A program made the position numbers and the translations under genes. A model generated the notes under the pieces. It worked only from the letters and a program-made list of their open reading frames with translations. It was not told where the DNA came from and did not search any database. Shown here piece by piece: positions 47,214 through 60,229 of a stretch of 64,000 nt of DNA; position 1 is the stretch's first letter, and each line of letters starts with the position of its first letter. Where the stretch lies: positions 18,476,001-18,540,000 of the forward strand of contig OZ116698.1 in assembly GCA_964199315.1 (NCBI GenBank), read 5' to 3'. This stretch comes from Orbicella franksi (taxonomy: Eukaryota).

Positions 47214-49616
47214 TCACGCTCGCAGAAATTCCAACTCGAAGTAGACAGATCCGTGATCAAACATGAAATCCCCAGGGAAGTCGATTCTCTTGGCGTTGCT
47301 GAGCTCACAGAGACGAGAAGATGTGTGGAAATTGAATGAGTAGCATGATTTATGCCTGATGCACAGAAGTGCACATTTAAAATCGTCTGTTGTAGTGCGT
47401 GACATTACGGTGTGCTGCACAAGTGAGTGTTGTGTGACCACAGGAAAGATGATTGCGTTTGACGGTCTGGCAACTTAAAAATAAATAAAGAAGATAACAA
47501 AACAAACTGTTAAAATGATTCTCGTTTCAATTCGCTTTGCCTTACTCAACATTCAGGTTGATCAGATATGGGACGCCAAGTATATAAATTGTTTCAGCCG
47601 CTTCTAAAGTTCTGATATTACGATATCGTTGTTAAAAAAAAAAAAAAAATAAAATGTGAACCAAGTCAAAGGGTAGTATATTGAGATTCTCTCTAACTTC
47701 AGTAAGCTGGATTCTCCTTTATAACAAACTGCTCGATTGATCCGAATTCTGCACAAATAAAAATGAATTTCTTTTTAGTAACATAGTTCCATAAACAAGT
47801 TGGACAACCTGTCACCTTCAAACTGCTATCTAGTCTATCTAGTCTACTCTCGTACCAAGATCTAGCAAGATGGCGCCCTATAAGGAGAGGCGATCCGGGT
47901 GCAACTTAACTTTCCATACAATATATACGCCTACTGTTTTGAACTTCATAGCCGATTAACCAATTTTCAAGCCTAGGAGGACGTAAAGAGGTCGATAGCT
48001 AGAGATGGTACCTAGCGAGGTTTTTACTGGTATGATAACTCATCACAACTTGTTGAGTACCTGAACAAAGAGCCAGTGCGATTTTTAAAGCGTTATCTGT
48101 CGGTGACATTTCCCTGAATGACGCGAAACGAAACACATGACTCTCGTCGGAGGCCAAAGCTTTGAGTTCAGCCGCGTCAACCTTGGAACCAATTCCCAAT
48201 GCAAAGATGACTACCCCATCATCCTTCAGCTGTTTCGACTGTTGTTCATAACCTGCGCAAACAATTTAAAGGATTAGAGACAAGATGGCAAATACGCCCG
48301 ATTTTATTTTGTTAAAGATACTGTTTAACGTACTGATCAGCTGTCTAATCTATTGGACATAAACATTTTCTCACCCTGATTGCTTTTTCCATCAGTAATC
48401 GCTAACAAGACATCGGGCATATTCTTTCTCCTTTCACCTTGTTTAGAAAATAACACTTCTCGAGTCTCTTTGAGTCCCAGGTCCATCCGCGTAGACCCAC
48501 CGTCATAATCCATTTTCCTCACGATCGACTTAATTATTTCGACGTTTTGCCGAGACGTGAATGAAATCTCTGTTCTTGCGCTAGAACTGAAACTAACCAC
48601 ACCAACGTTTGTGTCTGAAAAGAACACAAAGAAGTGGCCGTAATAACGAGGTGACCGTAAGGGGGTGGGGTTCCACTGTGTATTAAGGGTAAAATTGAAC
48701 CGCAACATACAAACACAAGAAAAACCTAATGGAGTCATCTCGTGAGGACAAGTTTTGTAGGGATACTATGTCTCCTCGTATGAACAGTACATGATTTTAT
48801 CTCTGCTGCATATGTCATAATGTCAACAACATGATTCCTCGTGAATACCTCACAGTTTAGGGACGTTGAAAGCAAACTGATTTAAATGGATAGAATTGCA
48901 ATCATCTTAGTTCTTCTTTAATTACCTGTGGGCGAAATGTGAAAACAATCAATAACTTCGTTGATAAATGTTTTCATATCTTGGTAGCTGACATTACCAA
49001 TACTGCCTGATGAGTCTAACAAGAAAGCAATATCCAGTGCAAAGGGACAAACTGAAACAAAACACATAAGAATGAAATTTTATTCTGAGTTGTGGAAATT
49101 AATTATACTACTATAAAACAAAATGTTTGATCTATTAACATAGAGGCAATTGATATTGTAAATTGTTTTATTTATTTTTTGTATGTTAAACTTTTGATAT
49201 TGACGCTGAAGGCCCTTCATCTGCTTAAACAGTGTTTTCTTGGCGACCTTTATGATGGGCAATAAGCTTCAGCATTTTCGAATTGTCAATTTCAGAAATG
49301 CTTTCCAAATTTCATCTGAAACTTAGGAGAAATTCATTGATGTGAAAAGTGATCTAAAGATTTAAAAACTTTTTTAAAACTGGCTCATTGGATAACGCAA
49401 TTTAAGCGTTTTTATCGCCTTAGCCATCACGGTATATGAGCCATTATACCATGCCCTACAAATATGGATCAATATGATAAGCGTGCGCGTAATTGTTTTG
49501 CGCGTTTTTATTTTCATTTATTTTGGGGGCGTTTTCAATGAAAGAATTATTCCACTCACGCTTGTTGGATATGAGACTGATGATTATAGCCAACGAGGCG
49601 CGTAGGTATCTGTCAT

Positions 49617-49647
<31 letters not shown>

Positions 49648-50667
49648 TTTAAAAGCTGATCAGCATAGTGACTGAGCGATCAAAAGGCCGTATGAGTTGA
49701 AAAAAAAAGTGTTCATTAAAATTGTTGATTCTTACCTGCAGCAGATGTGTTCATAAACGTTACTTGAAGCTAGTAAAGAGAAAAGAGAAAAAAAGTGGCA
49801 AAAATAAATAAATAATAAAAAAAAATGACTGGTGTAATTGTTGTTTCTGGCTTCAGTTGCCTTAAAGACTTGTCCCTGGTAGTCATTACGCTCTAATCTG
49901 CGATCAGACGTTCTTTTTTCGGCGAGACATGTGCCACAGACATGGGTCTCAATCCGCAGAGCGAAATTAATAATAACGGAAATGAAAGTTCCTCATGAAA
50001 ACAGTGATAAATCCGAAAACTGGGCAATAGAACCAACCTAAGATTAAAAAAAAAAATAGTTGTTGATGGTCTCTTCAAACCGCTGAGTTTATGAATGGTA
50101 AATGCGGATGACTTTGATGTTTTTTTAGAGAGAGAAAAATACCCAACGAAAGAGGCTGTCGAGTTTATAAGAAAACCTAACTGGACCTGACTGGAGATGC
50201 GCGCGGGAGTTGAGTAAATGTAAATCAAAATCTAAAAATCAGCAAAGCTGATCGAACAACATGCTTAGCTTTTTGTGTGTTTTTCAAAGCTCCATTGGAG
50301 TGAACAGTTTGCACTCTAAAGAGTAATCGAATTGGTTCTACTGCTGTGTAGTTTTGGGACCGCTCAAAAACCAAATAGTCGTCTTAAAGGTTGTCTGATC
50401 ACTGAAAGTAGCAAATTACTTTTTTCAGCAACAACTTTTTTTCACTATCTGTAACAAAAGATGCAATGATAAGTTATATTATCTTCTGATGAGATCTCCA
50501 AATTTCACTCGCTCGAAACTGCTAAAGAATTTTTCTAGAAAATATAAACGAACGTCTCTGAAATATCATCTAAGTTGTTTGATTAAGGATCGAAGTGGCT
50601 TAGTTTTCTTACCACTGACCTGCAAAAGGAAGAGTGCTTTTTTCAAAGTCGCTTTAAATATGTCCAT
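47214..50667 (-). CDS. Secreted von Willebrand factor A + PAN/apple domain protein (6 exons, 299 aa)
   Basis: Exons 50667-50620, 49769-49736, 49051-48926, 48614-48375, 48252-48061, 47473-47214; phases consistent; 900 nt. Signal-peptide-like N-terminus, MIDAS DSSGS...GST...ITDG, PAN CALLC...CYSFNF...CELS. An in-frame upstream ATG exists at 50709. Confidence 0.85.
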
Positions 50668-50993
50668 TTTGCATCCTGTTTTGGTGCAAGGCCTTCGATA
50701 TTGTTGCATTGTTATTTGAACTGCTCGATGGACGCGAAGCAAAATCGAATAAACACATTAGTGCGTTTCCTTTGTATTGATACGCTGCAGTGTAATTCAG
50801 CTGCTTAAACCCAAGAAAAATCATAAAAGCAATTTGAAAAGGTGCGATTTCGAAGTGATTTGTATGTCAAACCCTGATTGGAGGGGTGTCAATTTCACAT
50901 AGACAGTTCATTTACCTCTTTATGACGTATCAAACCCATTCCTTCACACGACATTACTTGTAATCGAGGCTGTTATGTAATGTAATATTCAAG
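50668..50993. promoter_or_regulatory. Putative bidirectional promoter (vWA-PAN gene / NDUFS7)
   Basis: 326 bp between divergent ATGs; inverted CCAAT (CTGATTGG 50874-50881), TGACGT 50923-50928, GTTATGTAAT 50972-50981, YY1-type CAAGATGGCGG over the NDUFS7 start. Confidence 0.55.
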
Positions 50994-53900
50994 ATGGCGG
51001 TCGCGCTGTGGAGAGGTAAGTGGGGTTGCGTTCGTTGGTTTTTGGGTTTTAAAATGTGCTCCAATTTCCCACGATACAAAATTTAATATTTGGTTGCTAA
51101 TGTAATAATTTTTGTATTAATACTGAACTCTGATTCTGCTACTGGTGATTTAGTCGATGTTTTGTCTGGTCTATGTGATCTGCTCTTTATCAGTAAGATT
51201 TTGTGTTACGTATGTTCATACATGCTCGTTTAGTTAAGTTACTGACCACTTATTTAGGTATATTTTCCTCTCTTTTTGCTTATGTTATGTTTTTAACCAC
51301 AGCTCGAATACCTTAAAGCCAAATATTACGCGATATTTCAGCTTTCTGGTGCCTTCTTGGCATGGGAAGAGAGTCAAAACACTGCTAAAATATCAAACTA
51401 ATTTTTGATGCATATATAACAAACCCATGTCAGTGAGGCACAGGGAAGTAGATATTATTGAAAACCTCGTAAATGGCCAGTGTTTTGAATCGCAATTTGT
51501 CATGTGTAACTTTTAATCTGCTTAAAACTGGTCAAAAACCATTACTTTTTAAAATTAATTTGTCCTTGACTGTGGAAGGTGGCTGATTAAGTGGTAGAGC
51601 CATTAGAGCAGAGTTTACATCTGGTTTCTCAATGATTTTAAAGAGAAGGGAATTTTTGTTGTGCAGGGTAGATGTTTGTAAACCATATCTCTAAAGTTTT
51701 TATTGGTTTTGAAGGCTGTAGTGTAGCTGTTAGAGCCTGAATACAGTGTATGTTTTCTTCGTTTGGAGAAATTAATCCCTGGGCTTATGTTTGCTATCAA
51801 AATGGGGTATAATTACGTAGCTTTAAAGAGTACTGTTTCAATCCCATACACCATTCATTGTTATTTTAGCAAAAGATGTCCTCGAGGCAATTCTTTTACC
51901 TGTACATGTATCTGAATCCCTGCTTCTCTATCATGCCAGGTCGCGGTGGCTTGCCAGCTTTAAGCCAGGGATTCTTGAACAGTGTAATGCTATGGAGGGC
52001 AGGCCCACAAGGGTAAGTGTGGTATTGAAAGGTTATAGTTTAGAGGTCACATTTTTCCAAAGTTGAAATACATTTCTTACATGCAGATGCTCACAACCGA
52101 AGTGGCATGGTTTTGGCTTTCAGTGGCAGAATAAGTATATTTTAAAACATCCCAAATTCTTTACGTTATCTTTTGTATGACTTGTTACCTCATCCCTGAA
52201 GTTTAAGTTGCTGGACCTTCCATGTTGTAACACAGTGTTTCATCACAGAATCAGAAATGTTTGGTTTTGCTTGTTCTCTGCATTGTGCAGGTCCAGAAAA
52301 TATCCCTACTCCCCCACAGAAGGGATTGGAATTTCCCTGGGGGGTGGGGGATTCTGTAAGACCAAAAATTTAAAGAAATGTGTGAAGCTTTATTGGAATT
52401 TCCAGAGGGGTGGGGGGTCTTAGAAAAAATCCCTTCCATGAGGGAGGCATGGATATTTTCTGGAACTACACATTGGCAAATAATCCATGCTCCTATTTGC
52501 TGGTAATTTTTTAATTTATGTGAAATACAAAAATTCTATAAATTAGTTATTTTTTTCCATTGTGTATCCCCCTGTTGTCATTTGTACTGGAATAAAAATC
52601 AGTCAAACTTTCTTCTTTGTTTTTACTGAATCGAGCTCAGTCATTCTCCATACACAGTAGAATACTTTTCTGTATTTCCACACTGACATGTACTGTACCT
52701 TTCTTAGCTTTACACGGATGTTGCGGCATGATGTCCTAGAGCTCTCTCTCTCTCTCTTTGCGACAGCTACATGTAGTCCTCTTCAGCTTAAACTTGAAAT
52801 CCCTCCGATGATCAGATTTTTATCATCTTTCTACAGACTAGTGGTTGTGAATAAAAAGCAGAGTATAACAACTGGTTTTTCTGCAAAGCCAAAAGGAAAG
52901 TTGGACAATGCTGCAGGTACATGTAGAGTTTTTGTTATTAATTTGGTATTGTATTAAATGCACTTCAATGCTATTTAACAAAGTTAACAACAAGGAGCTC
53001 AAGTCTTACCTTTGTGGTCAGCATTGTCTTGCTATGCACATGTGGCAGGATTCCTTGTGTTCTTGGACCAAAGGGCATTGTAGCAGTTTGCATGTAGTCA
53101 GCGTTTTCTTGAGCATTATCATTTCTTGGGTGTGGAGGCTCCTCTCAGAAGCTGTTCCACCCACCTACCACTCTGTTTCCCTCCCTTTTTTTCCCCACTG
53201 TTTTATCAGTGTGTTTGGTGCCTGTTTTTCCCCTTCCATGTGGGGGCCCATTGCTGGGTTGTTAGTATTTCAGTGATCCATCTAGAAAAAGGTACATGTA
53301 TCAGTGAGTGCAGGGACTCACACAACCAAAAACATGTGAGTCCCACACACAGGAGTGTTAGTCCCACACTCATCATTATATAAGTTGCACCTATGAATAA
53401 CACAATCAATTAAATGAGCTTTGTATTTTGTTAGTTACTTTTTTTACCTTGGAGGGCCATCTTGTGTCCGAGGAGACCAGCATGCCAATTTAGAGTGGTG
53501 TTTGAAAGCTTCGTTACTCATTCCATCCAATTTCCTAGCCTCCAAGCAGACTTTACAATACATATAATTTCCATTTTTCTCGTAGACCAGCCACAAATAT
53601 GTTTTGAGCCACGGCTCGAAAAATCTTTGTTCCTTAGATTTCGCAGATTTTGCTTGTGCTGATTCTTCATTGTCTTCATTCGCTTTTGCATCATCCTCCT
53701 CTACTGCAGTTGCTGCTTCTTGCTCTTGATGTTTACTCACTTCAGGCCGTTTTGCAAATGAGAGCTGTGTTTGCCCCTCCAGGGGCTTAAGTTTTTTCTT
53801 CGGTCCCATATAACTGGAATAACAATGTCTGTCTTACGAAAGCAAGCAGGAAGAGACAGAAAGCACGTGTATGGAATCGAAAACCATACACTTCTGTAAA

Positions 53901-56900
53901 ATACCGCTGATCAGTAAAATTGAGCCTGCAATGACCAGAACATAATGGCGTTCGCTTTATGATCACGCATTGCTTACTTTGATACGTATTTTGAGATTTT
54001 TCATAAATAGAGAAGAAAAGTCATCAAGTCATGACCATAATAGAGAGAGGGTAATTTTTTTGCCTCTAATGGGATGCATCTGGGACGAAATTTGTGCATC
54101 TTTTAGGAAAATTAGGAGTCTGAGACGCGGGACGCGCAGGTAGATGGATCACTGTATTTGCCAGACATGGGAGTGGTCACTATCTAGGAGCTGGCTTTCA
54201 GTAGTGGAAACTCCTGGATGTCTCTGGCACTCAACCTTCATTTTGCAAGGCAGTTTTTTAATGATTGCATTTTTCATTCACAGCACTACAGTGTATGTCT
54301 GAAATATTTCAGAAATGACTTTCTATCAGTAATAATACTGTCCATGTGGCAAATAGGGTTTTCATTGTTAAATCTTGTAATAAAAGTGACAAAATTAGTA
54401 GTGAAAGATCTTTAAATCATGGAATTACATGTAGCCATGCAAATGCTGGCGCAGGCTTAAGAGCGAGGACAAATGTTTTTTGCTCTATTAGCTTTCGTAA
54501 TCCAAATCCATGTCTTCTGAGATCTGAGTTAAATCCAGTCTCGGATGCAATAATCAGTACGACAGGTATGAAATTACATATAACCTGTATATTTTACATG
54601 TGAAATATTGTTATGTACATGTAGTGTGACTCTACTAGTATAATTATACATGTTTTTGGTTGTGTTCTGCAGAATATGTTATTGCCAGAGTTGATGACGT
54701 AGTGAACTGGGCTCGCAGGGTAAGCTGTCAAAATCAACAGCACAAATTAGTAGATATATATGTAGTTTGCTAGTACTTACTAATTTTTTTTTCAAAGGAA
54801 CATGTTTTTCGGATGAGAATTATGGTAATTTCGAGACCCCCTTTTAGGCATGTTCATACCATATTTTCTTGATAAGCTACTGTTGACATTGTCATTGAAA
54901 TTTGGCCTTGTGGACTTGGCTTTTGTTTCACTTCAGTTGAGTCAAGGCAGATATTTATTTGAAAGGGTTTTCATTCAATATTTTTGGTGCAGCTCTATGT
55001 AAATGTATCTAGTCATTACACTAACAAATACATTGTGAAGGTCATGAATAAGACAGTATTTAAAAGTTACTTTCTGTTTTTTTTGAAGGGCTCTTTGTGG
55101 CCGATGACATTTGGTCTTGCCTGTTGTGCAGTTGAAATGATGCACTTTGCTGCACCAAGGTACAGCCTAAATAACTTCAACTTTTATATGATAAGTGCTA
55201 TTGGAACTCATCAACAAACTGCTAAAGGAAAGATGAACAGCCAGCACAGAAACTAAATATTTGTATGTTCACAAACCTGTACTGGAGAAGTCAGGAAAAT
55301 AAATGCTGGGTTTGACAAATATTGATAATCATGTTGAATCAATTATTCCTATCCAGTCAAAGATTAGCAACCTCCACCCTGAGAATACTTAGAAAGTTGT
55401 CATGTCATCATGATACAATCCATTTCTGTATAGCTTAAAGATGAAAAACTGCATGTTAAATCCATTCTTGGACCCTAGAATGTACCATCATCTGATTCTT
55501 GTTCCTCCAACCTTAGTGCTGTTTGTGCTAGTGTTAGAGCCCTGACCGAGGCCCTTGTGTTCTAGTTTTGGTAAAGATTTTTACTCTTAGTTCACAAACC
55601 ATAAGTTGAAAAGTACAATAACCAAGTTTTTGCATATATATGTGCAACTTTTTTCTTTCTCTTTTTTCATAGATATGACATGGACAGGTTTGGTGTTGTG
55701 TTTAGAGCAAGCCCTGTAAGTACATTGTATTTGACATGTACACATAAGAATACATAAGTTATCATATGTTGTGTGCATCCTGTTCATAATATCTATAAAT
55801 GCTAGTACAAAATGTTTGGGCATCATCTTGTCACCATTATCAAAATTATGCAGATTTTTAAGTAGCCCAGTTTGGATATATATTAGTTTAGGTGTGAAAG
55901 AGTCCTAAATAATATTCATGTATGTATATCCAATCCATGTGACTTAAAATCTGCATTTGACAATGGCGACAAGATAACACCGAAACATCATGTACTAGCG
56001 TTCATGTTTCTTTGAAAGTGGTTCTCTATATCGTATTTAATCAAAACAGCCATAAACAATATTTTATGGTTGTACTGTACCAGGCATCCACATTCACATG
56101 TAATTTTTACAATAATTATTACTGTAAAAATTCAGTCTCTTTGTGGATGCTTAGTACTTATACATATTTATTTCAAACTTTTGCTTTGTTTAGCGCCAAG
56201 CTGATGTGATGATTGTGGCTGGAACTCTGACTAACAAAATGGCCCCAGCTTTGAGAAAGGTAAGGGAGCAGTGTGGTAACTCATTGTATCAATGGAAGGT
56301 GATATGCTTACAATGTAAAAGCAGTTAATTAAATTTGATTTTGCATAACAATGCTTCCTCTCTTGTACAAGTGCTGTCAAGGGTTTGCCCTCTTGTGAGT
56401 GTCATTTTAATTCCCCTGGACTGAAGAAAAAGTACAGGTCTCCACTTTAGCCATTGTAACCCTTAAACTTCCCTGTACTAACTGATAAAGAAAAGCTGCA
56501 AAGGCAACTTTGCAAAGGACTTTTTATCAACAGTCCTGTGACATTAATCAGTTTCTGGCTAGATAATAAAAAATATCTTAATGCATTCCAAAATTCTCAG
56601 TTTGCTGATATCCACAAGACCCTTGTTGATTTGAGAGACAGGTAGTGTGTTGGACTCTGGATTAAAAACTTCAAGGGCTAGCTGAGGAAGGTCTTGGACA
56701 AGACACTCTCTCAGTGCTTGTATCCGAACTTAACATAAAACCAGTTTCCCATCCAGGGCTAATGACAGTACTTTTAGCTCATGGTACAGAAAGCATGATA
56801 AGCTTCAGCAGTGTGTGCTGGTTTCTCCAAAGTGTGATTTTAATGTCCTTTTGCAAGAATCTCAGTGAGCAGCATTTAACCCAAATTTTGTACATTTAGG

Positions 56901-58042
56901 TATATGACCAGATGCCTGAACCACGCTGGGTTATCTCCATGGGAAGGTATATAGTCTTCATGTACATTTTGTGTTTTACTGGATAAAGTTTTCCAACTAC
57001 ATGTATGCTAAACCTCTGCAGCTGTATGATCTCTGTGTTTCCACCTGTTTTTACAGTAGCTGTCATTTACTTTGATTTGTTTCATCGTACAGTGTACATA
57101 CTGTATGCGGTGACTTAAACTGGCTGAAAATTGTAAATGTAAAATGTAAACAAGTAATCGTTGATTTACATGTAAATTTTCCAGGAAGAATAACCTTTCA
57201 AAAACAGGTCCCTGAAAGTTTCCATACTATCATAGGTAAAGTCTGTATGCGAGCCTTATCCCGGTTTCTGTAGCATGAAGCGACTAGGAGTATTTCTACT
57301 CCCCCCTGGATGGGATGTTAGTCCATCGCAGGGTTACCCCCAGCGTTAAGTTCGCCGGTACCCATTTATACACCTGGGTGGAGAGAGGCACTGTGAGAGT
57401 AAAGTGTCTTGCCCAAGAACACAACACAATGTCCCCGGCCAGGGCTCGAACCCGGACCGCTCGATCCGGAGACGAGCGCACTAACCATGAGGCCACCGCA
57501 TGGCAATATAAAATTGTATCAGTATGCAGCATATTGCCCAGTTCATTTTGAGACACCGTGAGTTTCCTTGATAGCAGAATGCATAAAAAATAGGGGCAAA
57601 TTGTCGTGTCCCCATCTTCAATACGTTTTTTTGTGGACCAATTGAAAAATTTCAATGAGACAGGCCAACCGTCAACTTTCTCTAAGAGTGGGCCGTGTGG
57701 CTCAAGCTGTCCAATTCAGAGAGGCTTCCCCCTTAAATATTTAGTAACTATATAGAGAAACAACTGTCCACTTTTCAATGGTGTCTGCTTAAGAGAGTTG
57801 ATTGTACGTATATTTATTACTGACATATTTCATACTCCTATTTTGGTCTCGACAGTTGCGCTAATGGCGGAGGCTATTATCACTACTCCTACGCAGTAGT
57901 CCGCGGCTGTGACAGGATTGTTCCAGTAGATATCTATGTCCCAGGCTGCCCTCCTACAGCCGAGGCACTGCTGTATGGAGTCCTGCAGCTGCAGAAGAAG
58001 ATTCGCCGTAGTAAGCCCATCAGGATGTGGTACCGAAAGTGA
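50994..58042 (+). CDS. NDUFS7: NADH:ubiquinone oxidoreductase core subunit S7 (PSST), 9 exons, 211 aa
   Basis: Exons 50994-51015, 51940-52012, 52837-52916, 54673-54719, 55089-55159, 55673-55715, 56194-56259, 56900-56946, 57856-58042 (636 nt). Motifs [38 protein letters not shown]. The first three exons (transit peptide) are less certain. Confidence 0.95.
52282..52474. mobile_element. MITE-like element in NDUFS7 intron 2
   Basis: TIRs ATTGTGCAGGTCCAGAAAATATCC / GGATATTTTCTGGAACTACACATT. Confidence 0.8.
53271..54154 (-). mobile_element. Internally deleted hAT-like DNA transposon with 5-bp TSD
   Basis: Perfect 14-bp TIRs CAGTGATCCATCTA / TAGATGGATCACTG; TATTT at 53266-53270 and 54155-54159; carries a TTF-type zinc-finger ORF. 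Confidence 0.8.
53444..53809 (-). pseudogene. Truncated transposase N-terminus (TTF-type zinc finger), 121 aa
   Basis: [27 protein letters not shown] matches the RxFxxxWxxxxxWLxY...CxxC pattern of hAT/ZNF862-type proteins; no catalytic domain in the element. Confidence 0.7.
57234..57499 (-). mobile_element. tRNA-derived SINE in NDUFS7 intron 8
   Basis: Same family as 17370 and 27256, with a short deletion near the tail. Confidence 0.88.
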
Positions 58043-59179
58043 GGTGTGTAGAAGTGTTTACAGTGTTAGCAGTACAATCGCTGGCTTGTACAGCTGTGCT
58101 AGTGAGCAACCCTGGAGGGAAAGACGATGGGGGAAGGCGAGATTCCCACATAATAGTGTTTACATATACATGTACGACAGAAACAGGTTGTCGGTAAGAA
58201 GTGGTTCTTCTTAGGGGGTGAAAATGAACTAATGCGGTGTCCATAAAGACGCTATTTTGGTGCCTTGCGGGGCGCTTTCAAAATTTTCAAAGATCACCCT
58301 TGTCAATTTTATGTCCTGGTTCTCCCTCCCGTTATTATTCAAATCGTCTTAGTCTGTTTTATATTAATCCCAATACGTCAACAAGAAACCAGTAATTCAG
58401 AGAGAAACACGGATGGTTGTGAGAATGGAGGATTACGCTGAAATAAACATAAAATAAAATTAGACTTAATTTTTCGAAAAGCGCCATAATTTTCATTTAT
58501 TTTTATTTTTTTGTTATTACAGGCGACGTTTTGGAATCAAATTGATCCTGTACTACGCGACTGTCAGTTTTTCAAATATTTTTTTTTTATTGTAAATACA
58601 AGCACTTGTGGTCAGTTACTAACAAAGCGTATCAAAGACCTTGCTGATTTTGTAAAGTATTGTAGTCATTCCCTCCTGTAATTTCCATGTTAAGGATGTT
58701 GTGTTGAAAAAAAAAATCGCTTCCTGATAATGTCGGGCGTATTGTAATGGGAAAAAAACTTGCAACTCGTGAATGACCAGTTATAGTTGCGCGAGCTAAG
58801 TGTCTCAATCTGTGGAAAAAGAAGTGTTACAATAAATAATGAACTGCATCATGAGTGTTCCAGAAGAAACGAAACGACAGTAATTTCGCTTTTCAAACAG
58901 GCCTTTGCCTTAAAACGGTTAATCTCTCATGCTAAATTTGATGCTTTCACAGCGTAAGATAAGAAAGCAACAGTGTTGCTCTTGACAGTTGGGCTCTTGT
59001 GTCAAGATCGCACGAATCCCGACTTTGTTGCGTATCCGGGTCGCATATTTTCGACTGTTTCAGTTCCAACCGCACTGTTAACATTGTGCTAAACGATGGA
59101 TGCATTTTCCATAAGAGTTTTATGGGAATGTACTGAGAGTTTAATATCAGTGTTGGATTCCATATGAAATGGAAAGACT

Positions 59180-60229
59180 TTACAGGGGAGAAGTAGAAAG
59201 CCTCGGTTTTGGAGCGCGCAAGTTTCTTTTCTCTATTTCTGCAATCTCGAAGACGATAGTGCAGTTTGAAGGTTTCTTGAGTGAGTAAACAACTCGTTGT
59301 GTGGTGTCTCTATCCAGTGTCACGTGACACCTGCATCCGGGCATCATAATCCTCAGCGCGTGGCGAAAGCTGGGAAGGCGCCAAGCGTATAGGAATGGGT
59401 TGATGGCAGAATTGCAAGTCACCGCTAAAAACGTCGAGTCCCGCAACCAATGGATAGTATCACAAGAGCACTTGGTGCATAAATTCATTGTATAAATTAA
59501 GAGGCATGGTGTCACGTAGCAAATTGCAAACAGAATCAGAATCGAAGTAAACGTTCGGGTCAGTTTTTCTTCGTACAGCGTCACTTGTCGGTTGGTAATA
59601 AACAGCCCCTGTAAGCTGTCCTGGCGAATGTTTTTCCTGCGTTGAATCGTCTTGATAATCTTGAAATAAGCGTAAATCACAGTACACAATGTAATTAAGA
59701 TCACGACATTGGCGAACACCAACGAAAAAACACGATAGCCCATCACAAAGTACGGCGTTATAAACCCGGGCGACAAAATCCATATCATACCCGACGCCAG
59801 AAATACTCTAGAGTTTGTCACACTCTGCCTGTACTTGAAGGGTTTAGAAATGGCATAGAATCGCTCTAGGGTTAATGCCAAAATGCTTAACACGGAAACC
59901 GTGCATGTGAGAAAGTATAGCACTTGTAAAAGCCTGACTAAACTTGGCGAAGAAACAGACCTCGCTTCCATGAGGTGATACACCACTGAAATCGGCTCCG
60001 TGGCTGCTCCGACGAGAAGATCTGTCAGAGCGAGGTTCAGTATGAAGTAGGTGAAAGGCGTGCGGAGGTTTTTTAATCTGGGCGGGCTTCTTAGAATGAC
60101 CAGACACACCAAGATGTTACAAGGAACAGTCACAAGCGCTACAACACCGGACACTGCGGCGGTGAAGAGAGACAGAGTTGTGGACGCTGGCACCGCCGCG
60201 CAATCATCTTTACTTTCCATCTCAAACAT
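59180..60229 (-). CDS. Intronless class A GPCR, 349 aa, orphan
   Basis: TM1 PCN, TM2 LALTD, TM3 LERF, TM6 CYVTP, TM7 NPFLY; helix 8 FRHAL. Confidence 0.93.
   Translation of the reverse strand: MFEMESKDDCAAVPASTTLSLFTAAVSGVVALVTVPCNILVCLVILRSPPRLKNLRTPFTYFILNLALTDLLVGAATEPISVVYHLMEARSVSSPSLVRLLQVLYFLTCTVSVLSILALTLERFYAISKPFKYRQSVTNSRVFLASGMIWILSPGFITPYFVMGYRVFSLVFANVVILITLCTVIYAYFKIIKTIQRRKNIRQDSLQGLFITNRQVTLYEEKLTRTFTSILILFAICYVTPCLLIYTMNLCTKCSCDTIHWLRDSTFLAVTCNSAINPFLYAWRLPSFRHALRIMMPGCRCHVTLDRDTTQRVVYSLKKPSNCTIVFEIAEIEKRNLRAPKPRLSTSPL

Noticed and set aside
50486-50525. CTGATGA...GAAA hammerhead-like string (a similar CTGATGA occurs at 41843)
   Set aside because: Stem II is only 2 bp and there is no NUH with stem I/III pairing; the 41843 site lacks GAAA.
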